Positions 25,946 to 31,834 of a stretch of 31,834 nucleotides of DNA are shown here, piece by piece. Position 1 is the first letter of the stretch. The number at the start of each line of letters is the position of its first letter. The notes below the pieces were generated by a model, which was not told the origin of the DNA, ran no database searches, and was given only the letters and a program-made list of their open reading frames with translations. The position numbers and the translations under genes were made by a program. This DNA is from Opitutales bacterium (GTDB taxonomy: Bacteria; Verrucomicrobiota; Verrucomicrobiia; Opitutales; JAFGAQ01): NCBI GenBank assembly GCA_028704125.1, contig JAQVLM010000002.1, forward strand, positions 1-31,834, read 5' to 3'.

Positions 25946-27142
25946 ATGGGTATGGATTCTGACATTCGTGTATTGATTGCTGACGACACCGCCTTGTATC
26001 GCAAGATCCTGAGTATGGCGGTGGAAAAGGTGGATGGCACAAAAGTGGTGGCCACCGCGTCGGACGGGATCCTTGCTCTGGAAACCCTGAAGCGACAACC
26101 GGCGGATTTGGTTTTGCTCGATGTGTGCATGCCCCGGATGGATGGGTTGGATGCACTCAAGGAGATCGGAAAACTCTATCCCGGGGTAGCGGTCGTGATG
26201 CTGAGCGGAGTGACAACTGCGGATGCGGATACCACGGTTGAGGCACTTCAGTCGGGCGCCCTTGAGTTCATTCCCAAACCGAAGTCGCGGAGTATTGAGG
26301 AGAGCATGGAGCAGTTGCGGCAGGAATTGGTCCGCATTGTTCGTTTGGTCCGGGTTCGGCGGAGTGTGACCGCGATTACCTCGCGTTCGATCCTCTTTCC
26401 GCCAAAGGAACCGCCGCCTGAACATCGGCATGTGCCGCTTCCGGAAGGCAGGCCGCCCGTGTTTCCGTCTCCAGTGGTGCCGCCATCTGCTTCCGTAGCC
26501 CCCGTGGCTCCGGTCGCTCGCAAGGTTGTGAGTTTTGATCCGGACCGGTCCCTGGTGGTGATCGGTGTCTCAACCGGGGGTCCCAACGCTTTGAACCGGC
26601 TGTTTTCGCTCATGCCCAAGAAGATCGGATGTCCGATTCTGGTGGTTCAGCATATGCCGGCTTTTTTCACCGCTTCACTTGCAACCTTTATTTCGAAGAA
26701 GACCGGTTTGTTGGTCAAAGAAGGCGCCGACGGAGAAGCCCTCCGGAATGACACGGTTTACATCGCCCCGGGTGGACGCCATATGGTATTGGAGCGGGAG
26801 GGGCTTGGTTTTAATACGACCTATCGGCTTCGCCTGAACGATGATCCTCCGGTGAACTCATGCCGCCCATCGGTCGATGTGCTTTTCAACTCGGTTGCAG
26901 AGCACTATCAGGGGGGAATCATTTCCGTGATCATGACCGGAATGGGAGAGGACGGGACCGCCGGAGTGGAACGGATCCGCAGACGTGGAAACTGCATTTC
27001 GCTCGCCCAGAATGAAGCGACCTGTGTGGTCTACGGGATGCCCCGTTCGGTGGCCGAGAAGGGACTTGTTGACGAGGTTATTCCACTCGATGGGATAGCA
27101 CCCCGTATTTCAGAATTGCTTAGTCAGAGAAAGGGAAATTGA
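25946..27142 (+). CDS. cheB: Chemotaxis methylesterase CheB (REC + Pro-rich linker + esterase)
   Basis: LLDVCMP; GVSTGG, QHMP, CRPSVDVLF, MTGMGEDG, VVYGMP. Confidence 0.95.
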   Translation: MGMDSDIRVLIADDTALYRKILSMAVEKVDGTKVVATASDGILALETLKRQPADLVLLDVCMPRMDGLDALKEIGKLYPGVAVVMLSGVTTADADTTVEALQSGALEFIPKPKSRSIEESMEQLRQELVRIVRLVRVRRSVTAITSRSILFPPKEPPPEHRHVPLPEGRPPVFPSPVVPPSASVAPVAPVARKVVSFDPDRSLVVIGVSTGGPNALNRLFSLMPKKIGCPILVVQHMPAFFTASLATFISKKTGLLVKEGADGEALRNDTVYIAPGGRHMVLEREGLGFNTTYRLRLNDDPPVNSCRPSVDVLFNSVAEHYQGGIISVIMTGMGEDGTAGVERIRRRGNCISLAQNEATCVVYGMPRSVAEKGLVDEVIPLDGIAPRISELLSQRKGN

Positions 27143-27148
27143 CCTAAC

Positions 27149-27988
27149 ATGCCAATCAGTACCGAAGAGTTTAATCTTCTGCGTGATTTCATCATCAAAC
27201 ACAGCGAGATTGATGTGAAGCCTGAGAAGACCTACCTCCTTGAGAGCAGGTTGACCCGGATGATGGTGGAGATGGGGGCGACCAATTTCAAGGAGTTCTA
27301 CCTCAACGCGCAGAAGGATACGTCCGGCAAACTTCGGGAGCGCATCATCGATGCGATGACGACGAATGAAACCTTCTGGTTTCGCGACTCCAAACCGTGG
27401 AGCCTGATGAAGGAGACGATCCTTCCACAACTGATCGAGCTGATCCGGACCCGTGCCAAGACCCGGATCCGGATTTGGTCGGCGGCATGTTCCACGGGGC
27501 AGGAACCTTATTCGATCGCGATGCTTTTGGATGACTACATCAGCACGAAACGGCCCGCTGGAGTCAGTATGGATAACTTTGAGATCCTTGCCACGGACAT
27601 TTCGCCGAGCGTGTTGTTCCTGGCAAACTCGGGTCGTTACAATCAGTTGGCGATGTCCAGAGGGTTGAGCGAGGAGTTCAAGACCAAGTATTTCAACACC
27701 AACGGCAAGATATGGGAAGTATCTCCTGCTCTCAAGAAACGGATCACCTTCAAGAAGTTCAATTTGCAGGACCATCCGTCCGCGTTGGGTTCGTTTGAGT
27801 TTATTCTCTGCCGCAATGTGGCGATCTATTTTTCCGATGTTTTCAAGAAGGAGTTGTTCAAGCGGATCCATTCCGTCCTGAACCCTCCGGGATACTTCCT
27901 TCTGGGAGCGTCGGAGTCGTTGGTTGGGTATTCCTCGGATTTTGACCTGGTTGAAGGTCAGGGGGCGATATTTTACAAAAAGAAATAA
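27149..27988 (+). CDS. cheR: Chemotaxis methyltransferase CheR
   Basis: TTNETFWFRD, IWSAACSTGQEPYSIA, ATDIS, ILCRNVAIYF. Confidence 0.95.
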   Translation: MPISTEEFNLLRDFIIKHSEIDVKPEKTYLLESRLTRMMVEMGATNFKEFYLNAQKDTSGKLRERIIDAMTTNETFWFRDSKPWSLMKETILPQLIELIRTRAKTRIRIWSAACSTGQEPYSIAMLLDDYISTKRPAGVSMDNFEILATDISPSVLFLANSGRYNQLAMSRGLSEEFKTKYFNTNGKIWEVSPALKKRITFKKFNLQDHPSALGSFEFILCRNVAIYFSDVFKKELFKRIHSVLNPPGYFLLGASESLVGYSSDFDLVEGQGAIFYKKK

Positions 27989-27997
27989 GGCAAACGC

Positions 27998-28372
27998 ATG
28001 AAAATACTGAGTGTGGACGATTCAATGGTGATGTTGCGGATCATATCCGATGCAGCGGCTGTGATTGGCGCTGATACAGTCACCGCTCGAAATGGAACCC
28101 TTGCGCTCAAGGTTCTTGAGGAACAGGGCAGCGAGATTTCGATGATCCTGCTGGATTGGAACATGCCCGGCATGACCGGCCTGGAGTTCCTTCAGAAGGT
28201 GAAGTCGGATCCGAGATGGAAGGATATCCCGGTGATGATGGTTACCAGTGAGGGGAATCCGGACAATGTGAAGAAGGCCCTCATCGCCGGCGCCACCAAT
28301 TATCTCGTCAAACCTTTTGCTCAGGAAGACCTCGAATCCAAGATCATGCAGTGCCTTGGTCAAGGATTCTGA
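27998..28372 (+). CDS. cheY: Single-domain response regulator CheY
   Basis: ILSVDDS, LLDWNMPGMTG, MMVTSE, YLVKPF. Confidence 0.92.
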   Translation: MKILSVDDSMVMLRIISDAAAVIGADTVTARNGTLALKVLEEQGSEISMILLDWNMPGMTGLEFLQKVKSDPRWKDIPVMMVTSEGNPDNVKKALIAGATNYLVKPFAQEDLESKIMQCLGQGF

Positions 28373-28414
28373 TTGTGTTCCTGCTATTCTCATCCTACTC
28401 GATCCGAACATCCC

Positions 28415-29278
28415 ATGAATCTCGATTCCCACATTACGGAGAAGCTCAGGCAGTGTGAACTTCCGGCCTTGCCTGTTCTTGCGCACAAAATCATGCGTAT
28501 GACCCAGGATCCGTATGTGGATCCCAACGACATTGCCGATCTCGTCAGGATGGACATGTCGCTATCCACCTCTGTTCTTCGGGTGGCGAATTCCGTTGCT
28601 TTTGGATACGCCGGAAAGGTGTCCAGCATCGGGGAAGCGGTTTCGCGCATTGGGTTGACGCGGATGCGGGATATGGTTTTGTCCGTTTCTTTGGTGAGCC
28701 AGTTCAGGACGTTGAAGGGCATCGATTTCTGCCAGTTCTGGAACCATTGCCTCTCGGTCGGTTTGGCGACCGAGATCATCGAAAGCAGGGCAAAGAATCT
28801 TTCGGAGCGTCACCGCGATTACACCTACACTTCCGGTCTCCTCCACAAGGCTGGTATTCTGCTGCTCGCTCAAAACTATCCGGAGGAATACCAGAAGGTG
28901 CTCGAAGCTGTGGCCAGTCAGGATCGCGATCTTTGGGAGGTGGAGAAAGAGCATCTGGGTATCACCCACAATGAAGCCTCCCACATTGTATTCCAGAAAT
29001 GGCAGTTCCCGGCTGAAGTGGCCGACGTCGCCTTGTACTACAATGATCCTGAGCATGTGCCGGAGGCTTCGCGTGAGATCACCTACATGGTGCATATCGC
29101 AAATTTCGCGTGCCTGAATCAGGGCATCGGTGTGGGGATCGAACGCTTTCCGATCAGTTTTTATGACCCCGCCTGGGAGGCGATCGGATTGTCGGTGGAC
29201 GATATCCCGTCGATCCTCGAAGCGGTGAACGTGCAGACTCAAAAAGCGCGTGAGATAATCGAGGCTGTGTCGAAGTGA
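28415..29278 (+). CDS. HDOD-domain protein
   Basis: LPALP, DMSLSTSVLRVANS, EAVSRIG, FWNHC, GLLHKAG, EKEHLGITH, KWQFP. Start placed at ATG 28415. Confidence 0.9.
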   Translation: MNLDSHITEKLRQCELPALPVLAHKIMRMTQDPYVDPNDIADLVRMDMSLSTSVLRVANSVAFGYAGKVSSIGEAVSRIGLTRMRDMVLSVSLVSQFRTLKGIDFCQFWNHCLSVGLATEIIESRAKNLSERHRDYTYTSGLLHKAGILLLAQNYPEEYQKVLEAVASQDRDLWEVEKEHLGITHNEASHIVFQKWQFPAEVADVALYYNDPEHVPEASREITYMVHIANFACLNQGIGVGIERFPISFYDPAWEAIGLSVDDIPSILEAVNVQTQKAREIIEAVSK

Positions 29279-29363
29279 TGCCTCGCTTCGGCGGAGCTCA
29301 GAAAAGGGCAGGGGTGATCGGAAATTCCGGAGCGGACAGGCAGATCTTCCCTTCCCGGGTTTC

Positions 29364-30362
29364 TCAGTGTGGCGTTGACCCGGATGCTGCGGCCCGGCGA
29401 ATCCTGTCGGCCAATCCGAGCCATTCCGGCTTATCGGGGGGGCGGTCAATAAGAATCGAATCGGCACCGGATTGATCCGCCAGGTGCAGTATTTTGTAGA
29501 GATGGCGTGCGCATTCTCCGGGATCGCCGCTTACGGATAAGAAAAAATGCCTAGCGGAAGGGTTGGCAATCATTGCCGGGTTTTGGGTAGCTTCGGGCTG
29601 GATCCGTATTCTGGCGCAGGATGCCGGGGTTTCATCCGACGGGTCCACCAGGAGGAGCGGAGTGCGCGGACTGTAGTGGACTTTCATTTGTCCGGGGCTA
29701 TCCATAGGTCCCTCTGAGCGGGAGGAATGCTGCCGGATCCGCAACGGGCATCCCATCACCTTTTCAATTGCCTCCGGCGTTATGGGGCCGGGCCTCAACA
29801 GAAGCGGATCATCGGGCTTGCGGAGGCTGACAATCGTGGACTCGATCCCGAGGTTGCATTCCCCTCCATCCATCAGATACTGGAGCTTGCCTTCCAATCC
29901 ATCCTTCACGTGAGCCGCGCATGTCGGACTGATGTAGTTGGATGGGTTTGCGCTGGGGGCGGCCAAGGGAAAGGGGATGCGGTCGAGCACCGCTCGCATC
30001 AGGGGATGTGCCGGCATGCGGATCCCGACTGTGGGCAATCCGGCGGTCACGCAATCCGGGATGGGTGATTTGCGGGGAAGCACCAGCGTCAATGGCCCGG
30101 GCCAGAATGCGTCGATGAGGCGTTGTGCGATTTCCGGAATCTCAACCCATTTGGAGTAGTCTTGGCCTGATCCGGTATGGACGATGAGTGGATTGGTGGC
30201 CGGCCGGTTTTTTATGTCAAATATCTTCGCAACCGCTTCGGGGTTCAGCGCGTTGGCCGCGAGGCCGTAAACCGTCTCAGTCGGCAAGGCCACGACTTCT
30301 CCGGATGCCAAAAGGGAAGCGATGGCATCGAGATCGGCATCATTTGGGGAGAAGAGTCGCAT
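29364..30362 (-). CDS. tsaC: L-threonylcarbamoyladenylate synthase, long Sua5-type (YrdC + Sua5 domain)
   Basis: VALPTETVYGL, IKNRPATNPLIVH, FWPGPLT, APSANPS, GIESTI, LRPG, SPGQMKVHYSP. Confidence 0.95.
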   Translation of the reverse strand: MRLFSPNDADLDAIASLLASGEVVALPTETVYGLAANALNPEAVAKIFDIKNRPATNPLIVHTGSGQDYSKWVEIPEIAQRLIDAFWPGPLTLVLPRKSPIPDCVTAGLPTVGIRMPAHPLMRAVLDRIPFPLAAPSANPSNYISPTCAAHVKDGLEGKLQYLMDGGECNLGIESTIVSLRKPDDPLLLRPGPITPEAIEKVMGCPLRIRQHSSRSEGPMDSPGQMKVHYSPRTPLLLVDPSDETPASCARIRIQPEATQNPAMIANPSARHFFLSVSGDPGECARHLYKILHLADQSGADSILIDRPPDKPEWLGLADRIRRAAASGSTPH

Positions 30363-30427
30363 ACAAACAAAAACACCAAGCAGCCTTATGTTCCGCTTGG
30401 TATGGATGAATCCCGTTTCCCGGGAAG

Positions 30428-30449
30428 AAAAGCCGCCATTGCGGGCGGT
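30428..30449 (-). terminator. Possible terminator after rpsR
   Basis: Minus strand CCGCC-CGCAAT-GGCGG then C-TTTT; short stem. Confidence 0.45.
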
Positions 30450-30459
30450 GGTCTGACGC

Positions 30460-30654
30460 TCAGAGCGTTGTCAGGATGTTGCGACCGCGTTTGATGACGC
30501 GTGCAACATGACGCTGCTGCTTGGCGCTCAATCCTGTATACTTGCGTGGAAGAATCTTTCCAGTGCCGGTGGTATAACGCTTGAGCAGATCACTGTCCAT
30601 TGCAGTGAGCAGTTCAGGAAGCTTCTCAGGGATTTCTTTGTTTTCCTCGGACAT
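30460..30654 (-). CDS. rpsR: 30S ribosomal protein S18, short Cys-free form (64 aa)
   Basis: LLKRYTTGTGKILPRKYTGLSAKQQRHVARVIKRGR; start placed at ATG 30654. Confidence 0.9.
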   Translation of the reverse strand: MSEENKEIPEKLPELLTAMDSDLLKRYTTGTGKILPRKYTGLSAKQQRHVARVIKRGRNILTTL

Positions 30655-30748
30655 AAATAAAAACATCAAAAACTGCAGAAGACTGGCTTGAGGTTCAAGC
30701 AAAAAACGAATGCATTGACTGAAATCATACGAAATAAATGCTGCAACC

Positions 30749-31756
30749 ATGACAATGTGCCCTAGAGCGCCTGGCAGGCGAGTCTTTTCAGATGATCCGG
30801 CCTCATCTGTAGCCGCGGTTGGAGAAATGGCTTTGATCCGGCGGATTCACGGATGGTTGGGCGATGCTAACCCCGCGCCACCCGAGGGAATCGGGGACGA
30901 TTGTGCGGTTTGGAGAGCGGACCAAGCTGTCGGGTGGGAGCTGGTGACCGTGGATGGGGTGTGCTATGGTCGCCATTTCGATGATGGTGTTTCCGCGTGG
31001 GATGCCGGGCGGAAACTGTTGGCGCGCAACATCAGCGATATTGCCGCGATGGGCGGTGAGCCGGTCCGCGGAGTCGTGGCATTGTGGCTCGCAGGTGCGA
31101 CCGATCTGGAATGGTTGCACGCCTTCTACTCGGGGATTCGCGATGGTGCCTTGAAGTATGGTGTGCGCATCGTCGGTGGGGACGTGGCTGAAGCGCCAGC
31201 GGGTGTATTTTTGTCGGACCTGACCTTGATCGGAAGATGCGCAGTGGAACCCGTCCGCCGAGGTATCGCGCGCGAAGGCGACAGTATCTGGGTGACCGGT
31301 TCCTTGGGCGGGAGTTTGCTCGGTAAGCATTTCCGCTTTGAGCCGCGGATCAGCGAAGGGGCATGGTTGGCACGTCGGGTTGGTGTGAAGGCGATGATGG
31401 ATATCAGTGATGGGCTTGCCAAAGACCTCGTTTCCCTCGTCGGAGGGCGTATGGTGGAACTCGATCCGGATGCCATTCCGGTCAGTGCTGAGGCAATCCG
31501 GTTTGCCGCCGGCTCAGGACGCGATCCCTTATACCATGCGCTGAGCGATGGAGAGGACTACGAGCTTGCTTTCGTGATGGATGCAAAGGTGGACGTAGAT
31601 GGGTTTAAACGGGAATGGAACGCTTGTTTTGATCTTCCAATTGCCTGTGTCGGCAGGGTGGCGTCCGGCTCCCCTGTGGAGCAAGGGGTGGCTGCCATCC
31701 GGCTTGCTGGCGGGAAACCCTGGACCTATGGGAGTGGTTATGAACACCTTGGATGA
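30749..31756 (+). CDS. thiL: Thiamine-monophosphate kinase
   Basis: GEMALI, GIGDDCA, ARNISDIAAMGG, VGGD, AMMDISDGL, DGEDYELAF. Confidence 0.94.
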   Translation: MTMCPRAPGRRVFSDDPASSVAAVGEMALIRRIHGWLGDANPAPPEGIGDDCAVWRADQAVGWELVTVDGVCYGRHFDDGVSAWDAGRKLLARNISDIAAMGGEPVRGVVALWLAGATDLEWLHAFYSGIRDGALKYGVRIVGGDVAEAPAGVFLSDLTLIGRCAVEPVRRGIAREGDSIWVTGSLGGSLLGKHFRFEPRISEGAWLARRVGVKAMMDISDGLAKDLVSLVGGRMVELDPDAIPVSAEAIRFAAGSGRDPLYHALSDGEDYELAFVMDAKVDVDGFKREWNACFDLPIACVGRVASGSPVEQGVAAIRLAGGKPWTYGSGYEHLG

Positions 31757-31834
31757 TTGGCGATCGGGGATCCGGGCCGCGGATGTGGGTTCCATGATGG
31801 GCTTGGGGCGCAATCTGGCCTCCTTGCTTCCGGA
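31740..31834 (+). CDS. Probable TsaE N-terminus, 3'-truncated by the window edge
   Basis: GGAG at 31731, ATG 31740, open frame MNTLDDWRSGIRAADVGSMMGLGRNLASLLP overlapping the thiL end. Resembles the TsaE first helix, and thiL-tsaE adjacency is common. The P-loop lies outside the window. Confidence 0.5.
   Translation, partial: MNTLDDWRSGIRAADVGSMMGLGRNLASLLP

Noticed and set aside
30655-30750. ORF-track N-terminal extensions of rpsR (also folC 3839, LOG 10150, EamA 10029, HDOD 28373)
   Set aside because: Extensions have no family similarity, cross divergent promoter regions or abut upstream genes; downstream ATGs fit family lengths.

Overview
Chromosomal window from a moderately GC-rich bacterium, probably Verrucomicrobiota (Opitutales-like). 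The taxonomy is inferred from the L33/S18 sequence types, the type II glutamine synthetase and the REP style, not from a database search. Left part: 5'-truncated sodium:solute symporter, exported galM, a membrane hypothetical, folC, an RluA-family synthase, a nitrilase/omega-amidase, an isochorismatase, rpmG (missed by the ORF track), a PTS-EIIA/diadenylate cyclase fusion, LOG, EamA, pcm, uxaE and cheX. Middle: glnII with an exact sigma54 -24/-12 match, divergent from a coupled pair of a ~145-aa minimal kinase-like protein and a PP2C phosphatase. This is followed by a ~2.3 kb repeat-dense intergenic zone with GTAG REP hairpins, a twice-repeated ~125-bp structured element, short tandem-octamer elements and one small low-GC membrane ORF. 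Right: a pseudo-receiver and REC-histidine kinase pair, an orphan pilC/gspF, a chemosensory operon (cheW-STAS-cheA[2xCheW+REC]-cheB-cheR-cheY-HDOD) behind a sigma28-like promoter, then tsaC/sua5, rpsR, thiL and the start of a probable tsaE. Best candidates for an undescribed system: (1) the mini-kinase/PP2C pair facing glnII; (2) the diadenylate cyclase whose EIIA domain has Tyr in place of the phospho-His. No rRNA, tRNA, CRISPR array, integrase or transposase was seen. All family assignments come from motif recognition by eye.
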